In this document: positions 42,299-54,266 of the stretch, one piece after another
Layout of the letters: every line of letters begins with the position of its first letter
Position numbering within the stretch: position 1 is the stretch's first letter
NCBI RefSeq assembly: GCF_000142905.1
Contig: NW_013657679.1
Coordinates: 510,114-573,547, forward strand
Length of the DNA: 63,434 nucleotides
Direction of reading: 5' to 3'
Source of the DNA: Thecamonas trahens ATCC 50062
Taxonomy: Eukaryota > Protista > Apusomonadida
The notes under the pieces: generated by a model
Database searches by the model: none
Told to the model about the DNA's origin: nothing
Seen by the model: only the letters and a program-made list of their open reading frames with translations
Made by a program: the position numbers and the translations under genes

Positions 42299-43369
42299 CT
42301 AGCAACACTTTTTCTTGGACGAAGAGCCCGACGACGAGGCACCGGCCAGCGAGCCCTCGTCGTCGAGGCGAAAAGCCTCGTCGTCCTCGACCGAGATGCC
42401 CGGATTGGAGTTGAGAACCTTGTAGATGAGGAACTTCATAGCCTTGTCGACGTTGATTGCGTCCTTGGCTGAGGTCTCGAACCAGTCCACAAACCCGTTG
42501 TCGCGAACAAACTGATCAATCTCTTCGCGTGGAACCGGGCGCGGCTCGAGATCGCACTTGTTGGCGACGAGGATACACGGGACGGGGTCGCCGTTGGGCA
42601 GATGGACCTTGGAGTCGAGGTCGGCCTTCCACTTTTTGGCCGCCTCGAACGTTCTCCGCTCTGTTATATCAAAGGCGATGACGCACGCTGCAGACTCTTT
42701 GTAGTACACCCTTGTCATGACTCCGAACCGCTCCTGCCCGGCAATGTCCCACAGCTGCAGCCGCACCGTCGTCTTCTCGTCGAGGTCAACCACCTTGAGC
42801 GCAAAGTCCACCCCAATCGTGTACCGGTACTTGTACGAGAACACATTGTCCACGTACCGCCGGATGAGCGCAGTCTTGCCTACTCTCCCGTCCGCGCCCC
42901 ACAGCCCCGCGCCCCTCTCTCCGTGAGCCATGCCCTCTCCATCACCTCCCTGCCCCGCACTTGCGCCTCGCCGCCCCTGCCACCGCCAAAAAGGAAGCCA
43001 CCACCCGCACAAGCCGCCCTCGTCCGCGCTCCACACACCGCCTGCCTGGCCCCGCCCCACCACCCCCGGACGTCTTCCATGCCCACACCGAGCACGGGAC
43101 CGGGAAGCAGTCCGGTGCCGTCCGGAGCACGACGGGGCCCCGCGCGCATCGCTCCGTCGAGCGAGCCGTGCACGTCACACGCGCGAGGCCATCGTCGTCG
43201 CGAAGGGCATGGGGCGGCGGACACCGGCAAGGGCCGAGAGAGGGTAGCAGCGGACAGGAGGGGGGGACACAAGCCAAGGTAAGAGGAGGAACATCCTCGG
43301 TGGCGGGTGTATGCATGACGTACCTACGCCTGCTTCGCCTACAAACAGGATCTTGAACAGGAACTCCAT
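42299..43369 (-). CDS. RAB32: Rab32/38-like small GTPase (2 exons: 43369-43324, 42879-42299)
   Basis: FLFKILFVGEAGVG|KT, TIGVDFALK, WDIAGQERFG (Rab32/38/7L1 signature), KVHLPNGDPVPCILVANKCD, WFETSAK, C-terminal CC. Intron 43323-42880 (GTACGT...TAG). Confidence 0.92.
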
Positions 43370-43617
43370 GCCTCCCGGTCGACCTGGGCGCCCAACGTCG
43401 ACTCTGCGGTGTGAATTGGCGGAGGGGCGGCGAGCGACGGGTGGTCGTCGCCACCGCCCAACTTGGCATATGCCTCAAATTTAGCAGCTCTTGATAGCTG
43501 ACGGGCATGGCAAGGCACATGGGACCGGATCAACAGCCCAACAGCATGGCCCATGCGTCACACAGCCTGCAGTGGGAAGGGGGGGGGGGGGGGGGGGGGG
43601 ATTGTCAATGTCCTCTC

Positions 43618-43740
43618 NNNNNNNNNNNNNNNNNNNNNNNNNNNNNNNNNNNNNNNNNNNNNNNNNNNNNNNNNNNNNNNNNNNNNNNNNNNNNNNNNNN
43701 NNNNNNNNNNNNNNNNNNNNNNNNNNNNNNNNNNNNNNNN
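43618..43740. other. Assembly gap
   Basis: N run. Confidence 1.
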
Positions 43741-43917
43741 AGGGGGGGGGAGTTGTCAATGTCCTCTCCGATCCACCCATCCACTCGTTGCTGAAGCGCC
43801 CTCGAGCCATCTCCTCGGTGGAGAGGGCACTCACTGGCAGCCGTGGGTGCCGTGGGCGGCTGCGGCTGCCTCTCAATGGCTCTCACTGCACTCTCTCGCC
43901 ACTTCCCCGGACGGGCC

Positions 43918-46900
43918 ATGCCGGACAACGACGTGGCACTGTTTGATGCCCTGGAGACGGTACGCCTAAGCACAACACCCACATGTTTCCCTATCTCTTT
44001 CCCCTCTCTCCATCCCCCCCCCCCCACACACACACTCCCTGTGGATGCACATGTGGCGGCGACCCGTGGCCCACATGCTTGCCGCGGCCAGGCCTGTGGC
44101 TGCGTGAGTTTTTCGTGGGAAACCGGCGAGCAGGCGACAGGCGCTGGCGGTGAGGGAGCGCGACTTACAGGGGGCGAGGGCGCTGGCGTTTGGGGGCGGG
44201 ACGGACGGGGCGGTGACAGGGGGTGGAAGTGTGGTACCCTGAGGCGGTGAGCGGATATGCGCGAGGCACGGTGGTGGGCGTAGAGGGCGAGGGCGCCGAG
44301 GCGGTGTTTGCGGTGGCGCCGGCCGACGGCGGGGAGGAGCTGAGCCTTGCGGCCGGGCAGGTGTATCCGCTCAACCCGGCGAGCCAGGATGGGGCAGAGG
44401 ACAACACGCAGCTGATGTACCTCCACGAGCCGCATCTCGTGCACAACTTGCGGGAGCGGTACGCGCAGGACAACATCTACACTTTTACGGCGTACATTCT
44501 GCTGGCAATCAACCCGTACAAGACGCTCGACATCTACACGCCCGAAATCATGGAGACGTACCGCGGCAAGTCGATTGGGCTCATGCCGCCGTCGGTCTTT
44601 GCCATTGCTGACCGCGCGTACCGGTCGATGAAGACGAGCAAGATGTCGCAGTCAATCCTGGTCTCCGGCGAGTCGGGCGCCGGCAAGACCGAGACCTGCA
44701 AGATTGTCATGCGGTATCTGGCGGCAGTGGGTGGCGACCTCAATCTGGGCGGCGTGATTGAGACGCGGATTGTGGAGGCTAACCCCCTGCTCGAGTCGTT
44801 TGGCAATGCCAAGACAACGCGCAACCACAACTCTTCGCGGTTCGGCAAGTTTACCGAGATCCACTTTGATGGCAACGCTCGCGTTGTCGGCGCCGCCATC
44901 TCGACGTACTTGCTGGAAAAGTCGCGCATTGTCCACCAGAACCCATCGGAGCGCAACTACCACATCTTCTACCAGCTCTGCGGCGGAGCTCCGGCCGAGA
45001 TGCGCGACGAGCTCGGTCTCGGCCCTGCTTCCGAGTACTACTATCTCAACCGGTCCGAGTGCAAGCCGATTCCGGCGTTTCCGGAAGATTCGTCGTACGC
45101 GCGGACGGTGGCGTCGATGACTTGCGTCGGCATGTCGCCCGAGGAGCAGCTCGATGTGTTCAAGGTTGTTGCCGGTGTCCTCCACCTCGGCAACATCCGG
45201 ATCGGGCCCAAGAAGCGCGGCGACGGCTCGGAAGTTGCCGCCGACGACCCGGCGCTGGCGGCGGCGGCCCAGTACCTTGGCACCTCACCGGTGGCGCTCT
45301 CGGAACGGATTGTTGGGCGGATGATGAAGGTACGCGGAAAGAAGGAGTCATTCCGCATTCCGCTGTCGGAGGAGGAGGCCAAGCACGCGCGCGACGCACT
45401 GGCCAAGGCCATCTACTCGGCTATGTTTGATTGGATTGTGCAGCGGATCAACCTCTCGCTCCCGTTCGACTCGTCAGCGGCGTACATTGGCGTCCTCGAC
45501 ATCGCTGGCTTTGAGTTTTTCGAGGTCAACTCGTTTGAGCAGTTCTGCATCAACTACGCCAACGAGAAGCTGCAGCAGCACTTTAACGAGCAAATTCTCG
45601 ACCAGGAGCAGCAGCTCTACACCAAGGAGGGCATCCGGTACAAGGAGATTGCCTTTCGCGACAACCAGGACATCATCGACCTCATCGAGCTCCCCAAGGG
45701 CGGTGTCGTATCTATCCTCGACGAGCAGTGCCGTCTGCCGCAGGCCTCGGACGTCCGTTTTACTCAGGCCATCCACGCTGCCCACGACGCCCACCCGCGC
45801 ATGCTCGATCCCCGCAAGTTCAAGACTCCCTCTGGAAAGCGGCACCAGGCCGACGAGGCCTTTGTCATCCGCCACTTTGCCGGCGACGTCTGCTACTCCA
45901 CCGACGGCTTCCTCGACAAGAATCACGATGCGCTCCATCCGGACCTCCTTGATCTTGTCACCTCGTCGTCGGTCCCGTTCATCGCCAACTCGATTTTCAA
46001 GCCACCCGAGCCCGAGCCGACACCCGAGGCGGTGCCTGCCGACGGCGGTGACGGCCCGTCAGCTGCGCCGCGCAAACGGGCTGGGACTGCCAAGAAGACC
46101 CGCTCGCTGACCGTCGGTGGCAAGTTCCGCAAGCAAATGCTCCAGCTCATGGACCGGCTACATGAGACATCATCCAACTTTATCCGCTGCATCAAGCCCA
46201 ACTCGGAGCAGGTGCCGGCCAAGTTTGACACTGTCTCGATCATCCACCAGCTCCGCTGCGCCGGTATGCTCGAGGCGCTGCTGCTGATGCAAACTGGGTA
46301 TCCGACTCGCTGCAAGTTTACCGAGCTCTGTGCCCTGTACAAGCATCTCATGCCGCCGGCGCTGGCTCGCCTCGAGCCTGCAGTCTTTTGCGAGGCGCTC
46401 CTGTTTGCCCTCGAGCTCGACCGCCGCGACTTTCAGCTCGGCCTCACTCAAGTCTTCTTTCGCGCCGGCAAGATGGCTTTCCTCGACCGCATCATGTCGT
46501 CCGACGAGGGCATTGCCGAAGAGATTGTGGCCAAGGTCCAAGTCTGGCTTCACAAGAAGCGCATGTTGCGGCTGCAGTACGCCACACTCGCCATCAACCG
46601 CATCAAGGGCGGCGTTGCGCGGCTCCGCGCCCGCAAGCGCCTCATCGCCGCCTCCTCGGCCGTCCACGTCCTCGCCACCGGTGCGCTGGCCAAGCTGGGC
46701 CCGCTTCGCACCTTTGTCGCGGCGCGGACCATCCAGTCGGTCTACCGCGGTTACGCCGCCCGCCGCAAGTACCTCGCCACCCGCCGCGCTGCCACTCTGC
46801 TGCAAAAGTACGTCCGTACCTTCTTGGTCTACAAGTCGCACTACGCCGCCCGCGCCAAGCTCAAAGCTGCGCGCATTGCCTCCATCCGCGACAACGCTGC

Positions 46901-48581
46901 TGCCGCCCGGGCTGCTGCCCGCGAGAAAGCACGCGCCACCCGTGTGGCCGCCCGCGAGCAGGCTCGCAAGGACGCCAAGCTCCAGCGCGAGGCCCGCGCC
47001 TCGGCGCTCGCCTCGCAGATGAAGGCCGAACAGGAGCGCCGCGAGCGCGAAGAGTCGCGGTTCAAGAAGCAATTTGCCGCGCTCGAGGCCGAGGCCAACG
47101 CCGCACTCGCTTCCGCGCAGTCAGCCGCCGCCGCCGAGATCGCCGCCGCCGAGGACGCGCTTGCCGACAAGGAAACAGTGCTGGCGTCGACCAAGACCGA
47201 GCTCAGCTCGACTCGCGACTCGCTGGCCGAGACGCAGGCCGCACTCGCTGCGGCCGAGTCGGACAAGCGCCAGCTCGACGGCGCGCTCAGGGCCAAGATC
47301 GCCGAGGCCGAGGCCAGCGCAGCAGACCTTGCTGATGCACAAGCCGAAATTGCGCGGCTGGTTGCCCTTCTTGCCGCCAGCGAGTCAGCCAAGGCCGGGG
47401 CTGAGGCCGAGGTTGCACGGCTCACGCCGTTTGAGGCTGCTGCCGCCCGGTCGGCGTCACGGGTTGCCGAGCTCGAGGCCGAGCTCGACGAGGCCAACGA
47501 CAAGATCAAGTCGACCAAGCGGAGCCTGAGCCAGACCAAGGCTGCACTTGACGAGACCCAGGGCGAGCTGGAGGACGCACAGCGGGCAGCGGCAACGTTG
47601 ACCAAGGACCAGCTGACCCGGTTGCAGCGCGAACTCGCGGACGCCCGTGACGAGGCCGAGACGGCGCAGCTTGCGCTCTCGGCGCTTGAGACCGAATCGC
47701 GCGCTAAGATTGCGAGCCTCGAGTCAGCGGTGGCCACTCTTGAGGCTAGCGCGCGATCGGCCGAGGGCCGGGCTGCCGGACTGAGCGAAGAGTCCGAGGC
47801 AGCCGCAAACAAGATCCGCAAACTCGAGCGCAAACTCGCCAGCGCGCGGAGTGAGGCCGAGGAGGCACACGATGCGCTCGAGGCGGCCGAGGCGGCAGCG
47901 TCGGGTCGCGAGCGTCGACTCCGCGCCACCATCGCCGACCTGGAGGCCAACACCGGAGCGTCTGAGGAGGAGCTTGACGAGCTGCGGGCGCTCTACGAGG
48001 GCAAGCTCTCGGCGCTGACCGCCAAACTGCTCAACGAGGAGTCGCTGAGGACGTCGGCCGAGACCAAGCTGGTGCGCATCGAAGCCGAAGCCGAGGCCAA
48101 CGCCGACGACCAGGCCAACGCCGAGCGCAAGGTCATGCGTCTCGAGCGCAAGGTCAAACGGCTGACGACGCAGGTCGACGATCTCGAAGAGGATCTCGCA
48201 ACCGAGCGCGCGGCCCGTCGCACCGCCGAGTCGGCCCTCCGGCGCGCCAAGTCTGGCCGCAGTGCCAACAACGATGCGTACGCGTCGCGCCGCGCCACCG
48301 CGCGCATGTCAACCTCGCTCGACACCGGAATTACCGCCGCTGGTGCCGGTGACTTTTCCACCGCCCTCGATCTCGGCACCGGCAATCTCACCCTCGACAC
48401 CCCAACCGAGGCAACCAACGGTCACGCCAGGGCGCATGCAGCTGCTCCGGTCAGCGCCGCCGTCGACGACTCGGTCCTCGTCCCCAACGCCACCTTTGAT
48501 GCCTCGGCCTTTGCCCTTGACATCTCGGGCATCACCCTCGACACCAGCCTCGATACCTCGGGCATCGGGCTTGATGCGTAG
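43918..48581 (+). CDS. Myosin heavy chain, class VI-like motor with IQ motifs and long coiled-coil tail (2 exons: 43918-43959, 44220-48581)
   Basis: GESGAGKT, NHNSSRFGKF, DIAGFE, FIRCIKPN; myosin-VI-like MSQSILVSG, FCEALLFAL and post-converter LDRIMSSD...KVQVWL; IQSVYRGYAAR. Intron 43960-44219 (GTACGC...CAG). Confidence 0.93.
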
Positions 48582-48973
48582 CAGTAACCACCATCATAGT
48601 TGTCGTAGCAGAGAATCGTAGGCAGTTTGTAGACAAGAAGTAGTGGTCTCAACAGCAGCACCTGTCGTTTTCACAGCACCCGTTTTCGTCAGCAACGAAG
48701 CCAGCCACCACCAAACCCCTCCCCCCCTCCGTCCCCCCCCTCCCCCCCCCCCCCCCCCACCCACCGGCCCAAGGGCAACCCACCACCCCACCACCACCAC
48801 AGTCCTCTCTCACTGGCGCAGCCCCCCGCCATGGACTTTACAGCCAACGAGGAGCTGACCCTCAGTACGCCATCCCCACCCCCTTCCCACCCCCCGCACC
48901 TCCCCTACCCCCAGTCGGTTGCCCCCCCCCTTCGCCCCCCTCTGTCTCCCCGACCGTTTTTTGAGGCCACTAA

Positions 48974-49073
48974 NNNNNNNNNNNNNNNNNNNNNNNNNNN
49001 NNNNNNNNNNNNNNNNNNNNNNNNNNNNNNNNNNNNNNNNNNNNNNNNNNNNNNNNNNNNNNNNNNNNNNNNN
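48974..49073. other. Assembly gap
   Basis: N run. Confidence 1.
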
Positions 49074-49105
49074 TCTCACCCCACACCCAACCACCCGAAC
49101 CCCCC

Positions 49106-50731
49106 ATGAGCGCCAAACGGAGCAAGGACGAGGCGTCCGGCTTCGGGGCGGTGCCCGGAGGCCCACAAGCCGAGGTGGTGTGGCGGGCCGAGGTGCCCGT
49201 GGTGGAACCGACCCGGCCGACAGGCAAGATGAAGGACAAGGAGCTCAACGCGGTGCTTGCCGGGCACGGTAAGGTGCTGGGTGGCCCCATCTCGGACATG
49301 GTGACCTGGGACCTTGGCGCGGTGGCCACAGGCTTGCTGGAGGGCGGGCCCGAGCTGCCCAACATGCCGCAGGCTGTCGCCGAGGCTGCCAATGTGCTGC
49401 TGGCCGGCGCCATGCCCGGCGGCCCGCCCCAACGCATCTCCGAGTACACCGGGTCCAACCGGTGGAAGCTCGCGGCGCGCAAGGTGCTCGAGGCTGTGGA
49501 GGCCGGTGGCAAGCGCGAGGGCCTGTGCGTCGGTGGCCCGCCGCAGCCGGAGCTGGTCTTTGGTGTTGCGCTGGACGACCTGCTCCAGCGCGAGGGCGGG
49601 CGCATCCCGTACGTCATTGCGCTCGCGTTGGACTACCTCGCCCGCGACGACTATGCCTCGTGTAAGCTGACTGGCATCTTCCGGCTCTCTGGCGCCACCT
49701 CGGATGTCGAGCTGTTGGTGGAGACCTTTAACTGGGGCCGTGCCGACGTCAACCTCGACGCGATCACCAACGATCCCATTGCGGTCGCCGCCCTCATTAA
49801 GCTTTTCCTTCGCCAGCTCCCTGAGCCGCTCATCACCTACGAGTGCAACCCGGTGTTCCTTGGCCTCGCGGCCAACCCGACCGTTGACACGGTTGCCGAC
49901 GCCATCCGCGCTCTCCCGCAGACCAACGCCGAGCTCCTCCTTCAGATCTGCACCTTCCTCAACATTGTTTCCACCTTTGCCGACGTCAACAAGATGGCGT
50001 CCCACAACCTTGCTATTGTTGTGGGACCCAACATTCTTCGTCTGCCCAACGTTTCGCCGCTGGAGGAGATCGCTATGTCGTCCAAGGTCTCGACCATCTC
50101 GCAGTTTATGATCGAGTATGCGTACGACCTCGCCCACGCCACAGACTGTCCCAATGCCGATCGCATCTACTACGACCAGTTGTATCCGCCCGAGGTCTCT
50201 GCCGAGGCCACGTCCAAGCTCGCGTCAACGCTCGCTGGGCTGGACTCTTCATCCGATGGCGACGACGACGACGTTGGCGCCAGCGCCGCAGCCGATGTTG
50301 CCGAAGCTGCACCGGCTGTCGAAGCCGGCGTCGATGCTGAGACCGAGGCTTCCGAGGCACCGGTTGCTGACGTGCTGGAGTTGACGGAGGAGTCGGCCAA
50401 GCCGACGAGACAGGCAAAGGTGTCTGACGGCGGGTTTGGATCCGGCATCGGGCTCGTGGCAGCGGCAGCGGGCGCGGCGGCGGCTGTTGCCGACGACAGC
50501 GGCGCGGGTTCGTCGGACGCGATTGCTGCCAGCGACAGCGAGTATGGTGCCGCCGATATCACCCCCACAGGGCTGGCCACGCCCCGCGAGGTCATCGAGG
50601 CGCTTCGGGCCGACGGCGTGCCAGTCTACACTGGCGCCGAGAGCGAGAGCGAGATCCCGTCGCCGCCTGCAGACGATCCACCGACCGAGGCCATGCGCAT
50701 TGTTGTCGAAAAGATGGCAGAGTCGGAGTAA
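49106..50731 (+). CDS. RhoGAP domain protein
   Basis: VFGVALDDL, GIFRLSG (arginine finger), AVAALIKLFLRQLPEPLIT, NKMASHNLAIVVGPNILR; acidic tail. Confidence 0.93.
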   Translation: MSAKRSKDEASGFGAVPGGPQAEVVWRAEVPVVEPTRPTGKMKDKELNAVLAGHGKVLGGPISDMVTWDLGAVATGLLEGGPELPNMPQAVAEAANVLLAGAMPGGPPQRISEYTGSNRWKLAARKVLEAVEAGGKREGLCVGGPPQPELVFGVALDDLLQREGGRIPYVIALALDYLARDDYASCKLTGIFRLSGATSDVELLVETFNWGRADVNLDAITNDPIAVAALIKLFLRQLPEPLITYECNPVFLGLAANPTVDTVADAIRALPQTNAELLLQICTFLNIVSTFADVNKMASHNLAIVVGPNILRLPNVSPLEEIAMSSKVSTISQFMIEYAYDLAHATDCPNADRIYYDQLYPPEVSAEATSKLASTLAGLDSSSDGDDDDVGASAAADVAEAAPAVEAGVDAETEASEAPVADVLELTEESAKPTRQAKVSDGGFGSGIGLVAAAAGAAAAVADDSGAGSSDAIAASDSEYGAADITPTGLATPREVIEALRADGVPVYTGAESESEIPSPPADDPPTEAMRIVVEKMAESE

Positions 50732-50757
50732 AATCGGCCAGCAAACCAACCGAGCTG

Positions 50758-53447
50758 CTACAGCTCTGCGTCCGAGATGGCGGTGCCTGGGCGAGTAAAA
50801 GCGTCCGGTGACGCAGGTGTTGTGGTGAGGTCGGGCCGGACGGGCCGGATCGACTCTGCACCAGCAATCGAGGTGGTGAGATTGTGGCAGTCGAGGACGG
50901 TGCCGGCCACAGCGGTACGCGCGGCGTCCCACTTGTCGGCGCGGGTGTAGACGAGGACGTAGGCGTGAGGCGAGATGACGTCAACCTCGGGCTCGGCAAG
51001 CAGCGACGCGTACTCGTCGTTGAGGTTGTACCAGTAGGTGTCGGCGAGCGAACGGACGTACGAGGTGTAGTGGCCGCCACCAAACGGTCCGCGATGCAGG
51101 CCGACGCCGGTGAGCATGTACGAGCCATCGCTAGCACCATCGAGGACAAGGCTGGCTAGCGGATACCGTACGGTGTCCGTCTTTTTGCGCAGCGCACACG
51201 AGCCAGCGAACCGCGAGAGTGCGACAAAGAGCACTGTGGGCAGTGATTCGATGGTTGTTGTCCGCTCGCACGGGCGTGGGCCGTCGCAGCCGGCACACAT
51301 CACGTTGTCGACCACCTCGGGCTTGAGGTAGGCGGCAAAACAATCGTCGACCAGATCCCACGACGGCGGCGATCATCAGGATCGTCATCAGTAGCATCCG
51401 GGATCGGGAGTGTGAGCCAGGAGAACGGCTCGCGAACCGTCCGCGACTCGCCACACGTCGTGCACTGCCACGAGTGATACAGAACGCCGAGTGTGGCATC
51501 GGCAACAAGCGAAGGATGTGCGTCACGGACGGCATCGAGAGTGGCATCGTTCTCTTGGGCAGATGCAAGCTCAAAGACATCATCAGCAGTCGATGTTGCT
51601 GTCTCCAACGCGTCGAGGAGGAACGAGAGCAGATCGTGGACGTCCTCTTGAGCCCATTTGCCAAACCTGGTCGGTGGCAAGGCGTCGTGCACGGCCTTGG
51701 GCTCGAGCGGGGTAGCCGCGTCGGGCATCCACACGTCAGCAAGGAGCTTGCGAAAGGCCATGAGGACTTTGCCGGCCTCAAGCACAGTGGCGATGCGCTC
51801 CATTTCAGGCGAGAGCGAGACTCGGACTGGGCGCAGCTCTCGGGGATCGGCGGTGGGACTGCGCTGACGCTCAGGGCTGGTGCCGGGTTCTGGCTCGGGC
51901 TCGGACTCGTGCTCGTGCTCGGGCTTGGCACTGGCCTCGGATGAAGCCTCAGTCTCTGGCGTTGTTGTGGCTTCAGTAGGCACGTACCGAACAGTGGTAA
52001 GCGAGCCAACCGAGGCAACCATGGCAGTGCAGAGCTCAAGGTCGGAGCGGACAAGGACCTCGCGATTCGAGTCGAGAGCGGCGGCAAGGGTAAAGGAGGC
52101 AAGGGCGCGCTCCCAGTCACCGGCGTCGCGGAAGGCGGCAGCCTGCTCGGCGCGGGTGCGGGCGAGGGCAGCGACTTGCTCACGGAGGCCACGCGGCGAG
52201 GCATCTGACGGTGCAAAGAGACCATCGCGTGGCGAGACAAGAAACGGGAGGTTGAACAGAAGCTCGAGGCCTGTGTTGAGGTAACAGGTGTTGCCCATGT
52301 TCTCGAGGCCGCGGACTCCGCGCGGGGTGATGGCGACTGTGCCGCGCGTAGACTCAAACATGGCGGCCTGCAGCTGGGCGTCCTCAGCGCGTGACATGCA
52401 GAAGAACGAGCAAAATCCCGGGTGGAAGACGTCGTCTGGGTTGGCGTCCTTGGTGCACTCGACCGAGGCGCAGACGGTCCAGGCGATGTCGGTGCCGGGG
52501 GCGGCGACCGAGGATAGGTCAAGCTTGGGCGGAGGACGATGGCGCTTGCGGCGATGACGGAGCGAGTGTGTGCTGGAGAAGCGCTCAGCAGCAGCAGTCG
52601 CGTCCTCACGGGCGGCAGCACGGGCGGTGGCCGAGTTGGCGATGGCGAGCCGCGAGAGCGACGGGTTCGGCTCGACTGGCGGTGGCGGCGAGAGGCGCAG
52701 TTTGAGCGGTGTCGTACTGTCGGGTGCGGGCCAGCCCGAGGCCGAACCAGCCATCTCGGCGCTTTCATCGTCGCTTCCTGCGTCGCGCCAGGCGTCCCAG
52801 TCGCGCGGCGGGCGCTTACGGCGCGGCGGGGTGACCGGCACGTCGTCGCCGCCCGAGGACGAGGCGTTGGGCGAGTGCAAGTTGTCTGTGGTCGAGACCC
52901 TCGCCACGGCGTCGGGTGCGAGGTTCTCAAGCAGGTTGGTGTACTCGAGGTACATGCCGTTACCCTTTGAGCCGAACCAGGAGCGGAAGCGATCAAGGAC
53001 GCGGTTGGCGTTGCCTGCGCCGAGAGTCTCCCACGAAAGGTTGTCGATGGCCTCGATGGTCGCAGCCGGCGTACCGGTAGAGAGCAACCAGGCACGGATG
53101 GGCAAGATGTCCTCGGACATGCGCGGCTTCTCGGCCGAGAGCGGCGACGGACGGTGCTCAAAGGTGGAGCGCGAGGCAGCCATGCGATGGATGGGGTTGT
53201 GGGCCCATGGCGCGGGCTCAACACTGCCTGGACTTCCATCAGCAGAAGCCGACGACGGCGGCGACGACGGTGGCAGAGACGACGGCGGCGAGAAGGAGCT
53301 GGCTCCAGCAGAGGCAGGCGGTGTCTCGGGCGGTGAGTCTGCGGAGGCGTGGTGGAGGTCGACCGGGTGGCCGCAGACGCAGGCGGCGGCGTTGGTGATC
53401 TGTCCCACGTAGGCGCCACAGGGGCAGGCGAAGCATGCACCGGCCAT
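50758..53447 (-). CDS. Ubiquitin-specific protease (peptidase C19); apparent frameshift near 51355-51375
   Basis: Cys box GLENMGNTCYLN and QEDVHDLL in ORF 51300..53867; His box GLHRGPFGGGHYTSYVR...WYNLNDE and AYVLVY in ORF 50758..51315. The frames differ by one base. Confidence 0.88.
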
Positions 53448-53691
53448 ACAGGCGAGTGTGTGACGCGGAGAGGTGGAGAGGAAGAAGCGTGGAGTTGTGT
53501 GGAGTGGGGTGTCTGTGGCGGTGGCTGTACCTGTATGGCTGTACCTGTGGCGGTGGCTGTGGTGTGTGTGTGGGGGGGGTGGTGAATGGAAGGTGCCAGG
53601 CGACAGGCGACCGGACGGCGCGATGCGGGGAAGGAGGAGGCGGAGGAGGAGGAGGAGGAGGAGGAAGGGACGGGATCGGGAGGGAGGGGGA

Positions 53692-53791
53692 NNNNNNNNN
53701 NNNNNNNNNNNNNNNNNNNNNNNNNNNNNNNNNNNNNNNNNNNNNNNNNNNNNNNNNNNNNNNNNNNNNNNNNNNNNNNNNNNNNNNNNNN
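53692..53791. other. Assembly gap
   Basis: N run. Confidence 1.
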
Positions 53792-54266
53792 TTCGTGAAG
53801 GGTATGTCTGGAAGCGCGATGCATCCCCGGAGTCGATTCCCCCGATCATCAAGTAGGTTTTCCACATATATTTTGGGAATCTACCATGTCTTCATCATCG
53901 CGAAAGAGCGTATCGGATTGGATTACATCATAGGAATTCAACACACACCATCGAATCCGACCAGGTTTTGCATCGGTAGAGGCGCCCTAGGTTCACCCGA
54001 CTGCGCTCGACGCGCCCAGAGAGCTTGACGATTCTTCGATAACGCGAGGCCTAAACCAGCAGGTCCACGAGTTAGACACAGGAAGCGGGCGGGGGGGGGG
54101 GAGGGGGGACTGAATGGCTTGAGATTGCGATGGGCAGGCATCTGGGAGGTGGCCGGGTGTGCTGTCGGCTGACAGGCCTTGGTCATCGGTGCCAGGGTGT
54201 CAGCGTGGTGGTCATCGCGGACGTGGACCACCTGACGCCAGACGGCAGGAGACGGTAGGAGAGACC

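Noticed and set aside
43578-43770. Direct repeat poly-G + TTGTCAATGTCCTCTC on both sides of a gap, resembling a target-site duplication or LTR
   Set aside because: Best explained as overlapping contig ends not merged because of the poly-G tract.
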